From assembly GCA_963810095.1 (NCBI GenBank), contig CAWEMM010000011.1, forward strand, positions 288,001 through 352,000: DNA of 64,000 nucleotides, written 5' to 3'. The notes below the pieces were generated by a model. That model was not told the DNA's origin. It worked only from the letters and a program-made list of their open reading frames with translations, and ran no database searches. Below are positions 41,289-51,911 of this stretch, one piece after another (positions within the stretch are counted from its first letter, which is position 1; each line of letters starts with the position of its first letter). Made by a program: the position numbers and the translations under genes. The stretch is from an uncultured Chloroflexia bacterium. GTDB lineage: Bacteria; Chloroflexota; Anaerolineae; CG2-30-64-16.

Positions 41289-44200
41289 TCAGGGCGCCGC
41301 GTCAGGCTCAAAGTCGATGGGCGCGAACCCATTCGCCTTGACCGTAATCGCGGTGGACAGCTTGTGATCCGGCACCTTCACGGTGTAGGTCGCTGCCTTG
41401 GCCGTGTGTTTGTACGGGTACATGTAGTACCCGTCTTCGTCCGTGTAGACGGTTGCCAGCACCGCGCCCTTCGGGTTGTAGATGACGACCTTCTGGTTGG
41501 CGTGCGCTGCCCCGTCGTACTTTGCCGTCGACGTCACGAAGCCCAGGAAGCCCGCAAACTTCTTGAACTGGTTGTAGCTGGATGGCGTCGTGACCGCCGT
41601 GTCGCTGCCCACGGTGCGGCCGAAGTTGTAGACCTCGTAACCGTGGATGGTGACCGCTCCACCGCCGAAGCCGGTCTGGTTCAGGACGTCGGCGATACTG
41701 GTGTTGGACACCGGATTCAGGGTAGAGGTGCCTGGCTGCTTCCAACTGCCGGTCTTCTTCAGGCCGTAGTCCAGGTGGATCGTCACGTACACGAGGCCGG
41801 TCGCCGGCACCTTGCCGCTGACCGTCACGGTCGTGTAGCTGCCGAGGTTCTTGGTCGCATAGTCCTCCGGCGTGATGATCTGGTTGCCCGCGCTGGAGGT
41901 CGGCGTCATGGACTGGGTCATGATGGTGAAGCCGCTCAGGCTCGGGTTCGGGCTGTAGCAGCCGGCGGCGGTCAGGCTCGTCCCGTCATGCACCTGGATC
42001 GGGTTGCCCGCGCCTTCCTGGGTCATGAACGGATACGGCACCTGGATCTTCATCGTGAAGGTCGAGCCCGGCGTGCCGGAGTAGAAGCCGTTCATGTAGA
42101 ACTGGCCCGGGTTCGACGCCTGCAGCCGGTAGATGTTCGGCGCCACCTCCAGGTGGTAGTTCAGCCGGAACTGGTTGTTCAGCCAGCGGGCAGAAGGAGG
42201 TGTCGGTCAGCTGGCTCGCGCGGCGCCACGGTCACGGTATGATCGTCCGTGTCCAGTCACGTCGTTCGGGAAGCCGGCCGGGTTGTAGTGAACGGTGACG
42301 ACGTTCTTGATCGTCTTCGGCTGCAGGCCCACGTCGGGCACCGTGTAGGTGGCCGTGAAGGAGCAGGTGCCGTTGTAGACCAGGTTGTCGCACCCGGCCG
42401 CCTGCGCGCCGCCTTCAGGTCGCCGAGAACGTCGTCGTTCACACTGACCAGCATCAGGTTCGGGCTGTCGCTCGAGCTCTTGTTGGTGATCGTGAAGTCG
42501 TAGGTGATCACGTCGCCCGAGGTCGCATACGCCGGCCCGGTCTTGACGATCTCGACCGCCGGCTGGAACAGGTTCGTGCTCCACTGCGAGCTGTCGCTGA
42601 CCGAGAAGGTGGAACTGCCCACGACCGGCGCCGTCGCCGCCACCGGCTTGCAGATCACCGACGCAGTGTTGAGGAACGGATCGGCAGCACCGGCCGGGAT
42701 GGTGAACGCCTGGGTCGAGGTGTCGCTTGCACCAGACGCCAGGGTCACCGTCTTGTTGAAGCCAATCTTCGCGTCGCTGATCGTGCAGGACAGGTCGCGC
42801 AGGTTGGCGACAGCCGGGGTGTGTGTTGTCGAGCTTGATCGAGTACGTCACGCCGTCGCCGATTTTGCTCAGCGCGTCGCCCGTCTTGGTCAGCTCGATC
42901 TGCGGCCAGTAGCAGGCCACGTCCACCTTGGCGGTGTCCTTCTGCCCGGTCTCGTTGATCTTGGCCGTGTTGAGAACGCCGTAGCTATACTTGCCGTCAG
43001 TGTACTTGCTGGCGTCCGTCGAGCAGGCGAAGTCCTTGGTGTAGGTCCATTCGCCCGCCTCCGGTTCGCACTCCAGTTCTCGCCGGTCAGGTTGTCGTCG
43101 TCCACGGTGATGACGGGGTTGATCTCGGTCGGGTTCGTGAACTCGAAGGCCTTCGTCCCGGTGGCCGAGCCGGCGGGCGTGAAGTAGGTCACGTTATCCC
43201 AGGTCGCGGTGGCCGTATTCGACCCCTTGTAGGAGGCCGGCATCGAAACCCAGGAGCACGTATACTTCAAGTTCACCAAGCTGTTAGCCGGGACACTCAC
43301 CTACCATCCTCATAGCCACCACACATGTTCCGCCGTTGTCGACCTTGTCGGACACGTCGGCAACGATGGCTTCCCAGTCGTTCGGGTTGCTGACGGTGAT
43401 CGTGCCAACGACCTTCCACGCGCTGTCCGTCGAGGTCGGCGCAACGGTGACCTTGTAGCCGTGTGTCACCGTGTCGCCCGCGAACAGGTTGTAGCTTCCG
43501 TCGAAGTCCTTCGTGATCGTCCAGGTCCACGTGCGGGTGAAGGTGGGGACAGCCGTCTTCGAGACCGTCAGATCCTTCCCAACACACACCGTGACCTTCT
43601 GCGGGTCGGACTGATCCGTCTCGTCGATCATCGCCGTGTTGGTGTAGTCCGTGCACTTCCCGCCGAGGCCCTGCTTGTCCAGCGAGTACTTGTACTCGAA
43701 CGGGCCCGTTATAGTAGTCGCTCGTGCCCACCGTGACCGGGTTCAGCGGGTCGGTCTTGTCGTCGACCACCGTGATGGTCTTGTTCGTCTCGCCCTTCAA
43801 TCCGAGCGTGAGGCCGCCTCCCCCGAAGCCGTACCCGTCGGGGTGAAGTACGTCGCCGCCACCCAGGTCGCCGTCGCCGTATTCTTCCCCGTGTAGCTCG
43901 GCTGGCTGGTAAACGTGCAGCTGTAGTTGAGCGTCACCGACTGCCCCGCCGGCACGACCACGTTCGTGCCGCCCGTGACGGTGCAGCTCCCGCCGCCGTC
44001 GTAACTGTCAGTCACGTTGGCCGTGATGGCCTCCCAGTCGTTCGGGTTGCTTACCTTGATCGTACCGCCCAGCATCCAACCGCTGTCCGTGTAGCCGTCG
44101 GGCGTTACTTTGACGGTATAGTTGAACATCGCCGTCCCACCCTGGGCGATCTCGATCCGCTTGTCGTCCACGCCCTTGTCGATCTTCCACTTGTACGTCC

Positions 44201-47200
44201 GGTCGAACGTCCCCGCCGCCGTCTTCGAGACCGTCAGGTCCTTGCCGACACAGTCCGTTACGCTCTTGCTGGCAGTCTGCTTCGTCTCGGTGATAGTCGC
44301 GGTGTTGTCGTACGTCTTGCAGGTGCCCCCGACCCCCGCAAATCGTTACTGTAGGTGAACGACTTGAAGTCAAAGGGCGCAGCGTCGGTGGCCGTAACAG
44401 TGCCCAGGTCGCCGTCTAACTGTCGGTCACAGTGACGGTCTTGTTGGTCGAGCCTGCCTGCGTAAGGTAAACGCGGCGCTGCCCGAGGCCGAGCCAGTCG
44501 GCGTGAAGTAGGTTGCCGTGGCCCATGTCGCCGTAGCCGTATTGGTCCCGCTATAGCTCGCGGCTGCCGTGGCGTAACGTGCAGGTGTAGTTCACGCTCA
44601 ACCGACCCGCCCTTCAGGCACCACGTCGGCGCCACCGGTCACCGTACAGGCGCCGCCGTTGTGGGCAGCATCCTCAGACTCGCAGCGTGATGTCTTCCCA
44701 GTCGTTCGGGTTGCTGACCGTGATCTTGCCCGTCACATCCAGCCGCTGTCGGTGATCCATTGTCTGCGTCGACATTGACCGTGTAGTTGAAGTCGCCGTA
44801 CCACCGCCCGCCGCGAATCTTACCAGCGTCGGTCCACACCCTTGCTGATCTCCCAGGTACGTCCGGTTGAACGTCCCAGCAGCCGTCTTCGTGACGGTCG
44901 AGGTCCTTGCCCACGCACAGCGTCACGGTCTTGCTTGGCGAGTCTGTTTGCCGTGTCTGGTGATCGTCGCCGTGTTGTCGTACTCGTGCAGGTGCCCGCC
45001 AGGACCGTTGAAGGTCCGGGCGTAGGTGAACGTGCCTTGGAAATGGCGCGGGTCAGTGCGGTCACAGTGCCAAGATCGCCGCCATACGAGTCGGTGACAT
45101 GCCACACTTGTCGTCCACCCGGCTGGCTCGGTGTACGAAGCCCTCCGTGCCAGTGGCCGTATCAGTCGGGCGTGAAGTAGTACCCTTATCCCAGGTCGGC
45201 CGTGGCCGTATTCGTGCCGCTGTAGCTCCGGCCGTGAACGTGCAGGTGTAGTGGCACTGCTCAACCGCTCGCCGGCATGCTCACGCCCGACCCACCGGTC
45301 ACTGCACAGGTGCCGCCGTGGGGCGGCGTCCTCACAGTCGCAGTGATCGTCTTCCCAGTCGTTCGGGTTGCTGACCGTGATCGTGCCGGTCACATACCAG
45401 CCACTGTCGGTGTCCATTATCGTGCGTCGACGTTGACAGTGTAGTTGAAGTTACCGAACCACCGCCCGCCGATCTTACCATCGTCTGTCCACACCCTTGG
45501 TGATGTCCCAGGCAATGTGCGGGTGAAGGTCGGAGCAGCCGTCTTGGTAACGGTGAGATCCGCACCCTGGCAGTCCGTGACTTTCTGGCTTGCCAGTCAG
45601 TTGTGCCAGTGTCATTGTTGGTGAAGGAGGCCGTGTTCGGGTGGCTCGTGCAGGTGCCCGCCGGATCGTTGAAGGTCGAGCGAGTACTTGAACTCTTCGG
45701 GCTCGGGTCAGTGCAGGCCACAGTGCCAAGATCACCGGGTATAGACTGGATCGGTCTTGACATCCACACCGTGATCGTCTATGTTCGTGTCGGTGTGACG
45801 AAGCTGACGGCTGCCGTGCCAGTGGCCGGACCAGTCGGGGTGAAGTAGGCCGCTTTGTCCCAGGTTACGGTCGCCGTGGCGGTATTGGTGCCGTTGCCCC
45901 GCCGTGAACGTGCAGGTGTAGGGCAGCTCAACCGAGCCCTTCTGCGGCAACGACATAGGCGCCGCCCCGGTCACGCGACAGGTGCCGCCCGATGGGGCGG
46001 CATCCGTGCCACGTCGCCGTCATGTCTTCCCAGTCGTTCGGGTTGCGACCGTGATCGTGCCGCCACGTACCAGCCACTGTCAGTTAGCCATCCGGCGTGA
46101 CATTGACCGTGTAGTTGAAGATGGCCGGACCACCGCCGCTGTGCATTCTCAATCTTATTGTCGTCCACTCTCTTGGTGATACCCCAAGCGAATGTGCGGG
46201 TGAAGTACGGAACAGCCGTCTTCGCGACCGTCAGGTCCTTGCCGACACAGACCGTGACTTTCTGCGAGTCGGACTGATTGGTCTCCTCGATCATGGCCGT
46301 GTTGGTGTAGTCCGTGCACGTCCCCGCCACACCACTCTTGTCGAGCGAATAGGTGAAGATGTGCTCCCCGTCCGCCCAGTTCCAGGTGCCCAGCGTCACC
46401 GGGTTCGCGGGGTCGGTCTTGTCATCCACCACCGTGATGGTCTTGTTCGTCTCCGTCGGCGTTACCACGGAGAAGTCGACCGCTGCGGTGCCCGATGCCG
46501 ATCCATTCGGCGTGAAGTAGGTCGCTTTCTCCCACGTGGCAGTCGCGGTGTTTGTGCCGGCCGCGGGATTCGGGGCCGCGGCGTAGGTGCAGGTGTAGTC
46601 GAGGACCACGCTGCTGTTCGCCGGCACCGTCACGTTCGTGCCGCCGGTCACGGAGCAGGAGCCCCCGTTATCGATGGCATCGGTCACATTCACTCCGGCG
46701 ACGTCGAACCCATTCGGGTTGGCGACCGTGATCTTGCCGGCCACCGCCCAGGCGCTATCTGTGTAGCCGTCCGGCGTCACCTTGACGGAGTAGTTGAACG
46801 TCGCCTTACCGCCGTCTGCAATGTTGATCTGAGTCTGGTCGACACTCTTGTCGATCTTCCAATTGTAGAGGCGGCTGAAGGACGCCACGGCGGTCTTGGT
46901 AACCGTCAGGTCCTTGTAGACCATCCGGGCATTGTGGAAAGTACAGCTGGCGTTAGTGGCGCCGCCTGCGGCGGCAGCAACTGTGGCCGTAGCCGTACTC
47001 CCGCTGAAGGTGCAGTTGGTGCCAGAGCCCGAGACAAACGCATAGCCGTCTAGCGCCGACTCGGTGATTGGCGTGTAGGTGCCGCTCTCCAAGCCGAGGA
47101 AGTCGACCGAGCTTTGCCCGGCAGGAACGCACTGCGTTACGTTGTAGCCATTCGGTCCGACAACCGTGAAGCACCACTGGTCAGGCGTGGCGCTGCCGCT

Positions 47201-48223
47201 GTCGACCACCTTCGTGACCGTTATCCTCGCCAGCTGGATGATCGCGCCTGGGTTGATGCCTCCGGTCTTGTCCGGGGAGGCGAGGCGCATTTGCAAACTC
47301 CCGCCCGGGTAGAAGCTGGAGCTGTGACCATAAGTGATCGAAACAGGGTCTGTGTCGCCAGGTTTCGATAGTCGTCCGCCCCACAGTAGGTAGCGATCAG
47401 TGTTGCCGACGGCGTCAAACTTCACGATGACGAGCCGCTGCGTGCTCCCACAGGCGAAAGTGTTACCATCGAGGGTGCCGGATGAGGTACCAGTGTCGAA
47501 GACTTGAAGGACTGTCAGGCCAACTCCGCTAAACGCACCCGACGTGCTGATGATAGTTCCACCAGCGTCTGCGTTTCTACTTGTGTTGAACGGCTGCAGC
47601 TGGGTATATCCGTATACAAGACCGTTGTTAGTACTGATCTCGTAGTCGCGGCACACCGGCGCGTACCACGGATTCCCGGTCGTCTGAACTGCATTCGCCT
47701 TCATCTCGATTCGGAACGGGACCGTCTCGCCTTCCTTGTAGTTTGAGTTGTTCTGGCCAAGCGTTCCAGTGACCCATCCCCCCGTATTCTTCGTCTCCCA
47801 GTTCGTGAGCGAGACGCTCGCAGGCAATGGACCATCCGTGAAGGTTGTGGTGGCTGTTCCGGACGGTCCCGCTGCCGTGACCGTATAGTTTGCCACGAAC
47901 CACGTAGGTAGTTGGAACGGGTAGACGAATGTCCCGGCCGCATCGGCCGTGACATCAGCGGTCAGGCTCCACGTCTGGTTGACGTCGTCGTTGACAAATA
48001 TTCGCACGACTTCGCCTGCTTGCCAGCCCGCGCCTGTCAGAGTAACGATCGCACCCGGGGTATAGTCCGGCTGGTCCGTAACGATCGTGGGCGTCGCGCT
48101 GCCGCCTTCTTGTACCGCCGGCACGACGGCCACGGCGGCGGTGGCGGCGCTCAGCAACAGCGCCAGAACGATGAGGATGACGGAGAGAGGTTTGCCCATG
48201 TGGCCACTACTGCGGAATGGCAT
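41289..48223 (-). CDS. Giant secreted repeat (adhesin-like) protein, ~2300 aa, many frameshifts
   Basis: Signal peptide and AAGGAGG RBS. Six ~665-bp repeats carry NPN(D/G)(W/F) and YFTP motifs (YFTP at about 46512, 45840, 45172, 44503, 43843, 43179). DUF11-like KTGP..GDVITY domains and a C-terminal TDEDGYY beta-sandwich follow. All fragments are collinear on the minus strand. Confidence 0.8.
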
Positions 48224-48538
48224 CTGATCCTCCTTGATCTGCTTGGGGCAACTACGCCGCCGGCACGTGCGCCAGCAGCAGGCAAGACAAGAAGAGTCAG
48301 GCAGCAGTGCGAATTGCGATGTCCCCTATCTCAATACCGAAAAAGACGTCACGCGGGCCGGCTCGAGAGTCCACAGGCACGACGGCCGCGTCACTCACCT
48401 GCAATGAAGCCGCCACAGCACCTCCTTCGCGTAACGGCTGCTGCCGCCCGCCACTATCGACAGCAGCCCCATCGCCCCCCTGGCTTGACCGTGCGCAGGA
48501 ACATACCGCCAAAGTTCCCACTTCGATATCCACTTCAC

Positions 48539-48574
48539 AAAGTAGCACTGTGACTAATCATTGTCAATTGACAA
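48539..48574 (-). promoter_or_regulatory. Promoter of the giant gene; its -35 lies in the palindrome TTGTCAATTGACAA
   Basis: Minus strand TTGACA(48567-48562)-N17-TACTTT with an extended TG. A second TTGACA faces the opposite direction. Confidence 0.6.
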
Positions 48575-48793
48575 AAGCGCGTGTCTAACGCGTAATTCAA
48601 CCCGCAAGCCGTAGGTAAAACCGCGTACCCCTCGCGCGCGTCAGAGTGCCACTGCCCATTCGGCGCCCGACCTGGATTCATGCGGAGATCGTGACGGCCG
48701 GATCAAACGCGCAGTTGTCGCCGGACCGCGCCGGTGGTATCATCTGGCTGTCGTCGCACTCTTGCAACCGGCGACACATTGGTGGGAGAGGAT

Positions 48794-50572
48794 ATGTCGC
48801 CGCAACGCGTTCCACTCGTCGTCCATGTCACACATGAGGCCGGCGTCAAGCTCGGGGGCATCGGCGCGGTGCTCGACGGGTTCCTTGGCTCAGCCGCCTA
48901 TAACGCCTCGGTTGCCCGAACCATCCTGGCGGGGCCCATTAACACCTTCGACACTGTCGAGATGGAGCGGCTGTTTGCCCCGGCAAACAAGCTGAAGGTC
49001 TGGTATTCCTCGCTCTACGGTTACGAGTGGAACGAAGGGCCCGAAGCCACGGTGGCCGCACTGCAGGCGATCGAACAGGCCATGAACGTGCGCTTTCTCT
49101 ACGGCACACGGGTCGTCTCGGGGCGGGAGACCGAAATCCTGCTGGTCGACGCGGGCGCCATCGCCGCCAACGTCATCAACAGCTACAAGTTCTATCTCTG
49201 GCAGCGCTGGGGCCTGGACTGCGGCCGGTATGAGGGCAACTGGGAGTTCAGCTTCTTCCTCAACGCGGGCGAGCCCCTCTACGCCGCGCTCCAGGCCATT
49301 ACCCAAGACATGCCGCCCGGCATCACCCGCTACCTCATTGCGCACGAATGGCTGGGCCTGCCCGTGATCTTCAGCGCGCTGCTGCGCGACGACTGCTGCT
49401 ACCGCACGGTCTTCTACGCGCACGAAGTCGCCACGGCTCGCCTGCTCGTCGAAGCCAACGGGGGGCACGACACCCGCTTCTACAACGCGCTGCGCCTCGG
49501 CCGGCTGCAAGGGGCCAGCCTGGACCAGGTCTTCGGCGACCATTCGTGGTTCTACAAGCACGCGATGCTGCTGCGGGCGGGCGTCTGCGACCGCATTTTT
49601 GCCGTGGGCGATCCCACCGTGGACGAGCTGAGGTTTCTGGGCGGCGTCTTCTCGTCCGCGCCCGTCGATCTGGTGTACAACGGCGTGCCGGCCGCGTCCA
49701 TCGATCTCGAGCAGAAGCTGAGGAGCCGGGCGTTGCTGCTGCAATATGCCGAGAACCTGTACGGCTTCCGGCCCGACTATGTCTTCACCCACGTCACGCG
49801 CATGGTGGCCTCCAAGGCCCTGTGGCGCGACGTGCGGGTGCTCGAACACCTCGAATGGAACCTCGCCGCCCAGGGCAAGAGTGCCGTCGTCTTCGTCGTG
49901 TCCACCGCGTCGCCTAGCGGCCGGCGGCCGGAAGACGTGTACCGCTGGGAGGCCGAGTACGGCTGGCCGGTCAACCACCGCGGCGACAACAACGACCTAA
50001 TCGACGACGAGAAGCACTTCTTCTTCAACGTGGTCGAGCCCTTTCACTGGGGCCGCCGCGCCGTCCGTATCTGCCTCGTCAACCAGTTCGGCTGGGAGCG
50101 GGGACTGTGCGGCAGCCGCATGCCCGAGCAGATGCGCTTCGCCGACCTCCGGGCCGGGACGGACCTGGAATTCGGGCAGTCCATCTACGAGCCATTCGGC
50201 ATCGCCCAGGTCGAGCCGCTGGCCACGGGCGCGCTCTGCGTTCCGTCGAGCATCTGCGGATGCGTCGGTTTCGTCAGCCGGGCGAATGAGGGCGATATCC
50301 CGCCGAGCGTGATTGTGGGCGACTATGTCTTTATACCGCCCGATTGGAAGATGTGGAGCCCGTGGGATGCACTGCGCATCGACCGCTCGGTGCGCGACGG
50401 CATCGAAGCGCGGCAAAGCTGGGAAGTGGCCCAGAAGATCGCGGAGCACCTTCCTAAGGGCGACGAGGATCGCGAGCGGCTGCTAACCGAGGGCTCCCGG
50501 GTGGCCCGGGGCATGCGCTGGGATGTCGTGGTCGAAGATTACTTCTTGCCGGCCCTGATGCGGGCGAGATGA
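48794..50572 (+). CDS. GT-B glycosyltransferase, GT3 glycogen/glucan synthase-like
   Basis: HVTHEAGVKLGGIGAV resembles the GT3 E..NKVGGI motif; also IAHEWLG, FYAHE, VYNG and SIYEPFGIAQVE. Confidence 0.75.
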   Translation: MSPQRVPLVVHVTHEAGVKLGGIGAVLDGFLGSAAYNASVARTILAGPINTFDTVEMERLFAPANKLKVWYSSLYGYEWNEGPEATVAALQAIEQAMNVRFLYGTRVVSGRETEILLVDAGAIAANVINSYKFYLWQRWGLDCGRYEGNWEFSFFLNAGEPLYAALQAITQDMPPGITRYLIAHEWLGLPVIFSALLRDDCCYRTVFYAHEVATARLLVEANGGHDTRFYNALRLGRLQGASLDQVFGDHSWFYKHAMLLRAGVCDRIFAVGDPTVDELRFLGGVFSSAPVDLVYNGVPAASIDLEQKLRSRALLLQYAENLYGFRPDYVFTHVTRMVASKALWRDVRVLEHLEWNLAAQGKSAVVFVVSTASPSGRRPEDVYRWEAEYGWPVNHRGDNNDLIDDEKHFFFNVVEPFHWGRRAVRICLVNQFGWERGLCGSRMPEQMRFADLRAGTDLEFGQSIYEPFGIAQVEPLATGALCVPSSICGCVGFVSRANEGDIPPSVIVGDYVFIPPDWKMWSPWDALRIDRSVRDGIEARQSWEVAQKIAEHLPKGDEDRERLLTEGSRVARGMRWDVVVEDYFLPALMRAR

Positions 50573-50612
50573 CGTCGGGCTAGCCGCCGTTTGGCGAAGT
50601 CGGGGGTGGGCA

Positions 50613-51362
50613 ATGCGCAAGATCGCCGTGGCGCTCTCCAAAGGGGGCGTCGGGAAGACCACCACAGCGGTGAACCTGGCAGCCGGGTTGGCGCTGAGCG
50701 GCAGCCGGGTGCTGCTGGTGGATGTGGACACGCAGGGGCAAGCCGCCAAGCTGTTGGGCTGTGCGCCCGCGATCGGGCTGGCCGAGGTGGCCGGCGGCGA
50801 GGCAGCGCCGCAGCAGGCCGTCGTCACCGCCCGCGAGCGGCTTGACCTGCTGGGGGGCGGCCGCGGACTCGCCAGCCTCAAACGCCTGATTACCCGCAAA
50901 GACTTTGGCGGCGAGCAAACGCTGTCCGAGGCGCTGGCGCCCCTGGAAGGGGCCTACGACTTCGCCGTGCTGGACACCGCGCCCGGTTGGGACGCACTCT
51001 CGGTCAATGCCCTATTCTATGCGGACGAAGTGCTCTCGCCCGTGTCGCTCGAAGTGATGACCCTGCAAAGCCTCCTCGACTTCAACCAGAGCCTCGCCGC
51101 GGTGCAGCGCTACCACCCGGCGCTCACCTTGCGCTATATCCTCCCGACGTTTCTCGACCGCCGGGTGCGGAAGTCCGACGAAATCCTCAGCCAGTTGGCG
51201 GCTCACTTCGGCTCGCGGCTGTCCGCGCCGATCCGCTACAACGTGCGCCTGTCGGAGGCGCCCGGCTATGCGCAAACCATTTTCGAATTTGCCGCGCACT
51301 CGCCCGGCGCGGACGACTACCGCGCCCTGACAGAAAGGATCCTGAGCGATGGCGGATCGTAA
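50613..51362 (+). CDS. Orphan ParA/Soj-family ATPase
   Basis: Deviant Walker A KGGVGKTT, LVDVDTQG, LDTAP, IRYNVRLSEAP. Confidence 0.92.
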   Translation: MRKIAVALSKGGVGKTTTAVNLAAGLALSGSRVLLVDVDTQGQAAKLLGCAPAIGLAEVAGGEAAPQQAVVTARERLDLLGGGRGLASLKRLITRKDFGGEQTLSEALAPLEGAYDFAVLDTAPGWDALSVNALFYADEVLSPVSLEVMTLQSLLDFNQSLAAVQRYHPALTLRYILPTFLDRRVRKSDEILSQLAAHFGSRLSAPIRYNVRLSEAPGYAQTIFEFAAHSPGADDYRALTERILSDGGS

Positions 51363-51765
51363 CCCATCACAGGAACGTAAGCACTCGCCCGACGTCCTGG
51401 CCGAGCTGCTCGGGACGGAACTGCCGGCGGCGCCCATGCCCGATCTCGGGCCCCGGGCCGCGCCGCCTCGCACCGCCCGCGCGCAGCCGCCCGCCGACGC
51501 CAGGCCAAAAGTCGCGCCCAAGCCGGTCCTCGAGCCCGCGCCCGCCTGTTGGGAGACGGAGATCGTTACGCTGCAGGACCACAAGGGCTGGCGGCCGCGG
51601 TACGTCAACGGAGTCGAGGTGCCTAACTGGCTGACCGGGCCGCTCGTGCACGACTATCTCGCGACACGCGGCGCCGAGGGCTGGGAGGTTGCAGGGGCGT
51701 GTGCGGCCGGGCACTTCTACGGCGTGGCCGACGGCCTGCAGCTGTTTCTGAAGCGGCGCCGGTAA
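51349..51765 (+). CDS. ParA-coupled hypothetical protein (basic N-terminal peptide, Pro-rich linker, DUF4177-like C-terminal domain)
   Basis: Overlaps the parA stop; WET...YL..RGAEGWEV...LFLKR pattern. Confidence 0.75.
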   Translation: MADRNPSQERKHSPDVLAELLGTELPAAPMPDLGPRAAPPRTARAQPPADARPKVAPKPVLEPAPACWETEIVTLQDHKGWRPRYVNGVEVPNWLTGPLVHDYLATRGAEGWEVAGACAAGHFYGVADGLQLFLKRRR

Positions 51766-51780
51766 AGTCCCTGATCTACA

Positions 51781-51876
51781 AATAGGACACTGATGCAACG
51801 GATTGAACTGATCTGCACGGTCCTTCGGGAGAAAGATCGTGATAATCAGTCCGATCCGTCCAATCAGTGTCCTGTT
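51781..51876. repeat. Palindromic repeat family A, copy 4
   Basis: aataggacactgatgcaacggattgaactgat...atcagtccgatccgtccaatcagtgtcctgtt. Confidence 0.8.
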
Positions 51877-51911
51877 TCGTCCCTTGTTGTCCAGCAGCGC
51901 CGCCTAGGTCT

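Noticed and set aside
41289-48223. Diversity-generating retroelement acting on the repeat protein
   Set aside because: No reverse transcriptase and no template/variable repeat pair differing only at adenines.
51349-51765. Calling the ParA partner ParB or McdB
   Set aside because: No ParB/Srx or HTH motifs, no coiled coil and no terminal Trp.
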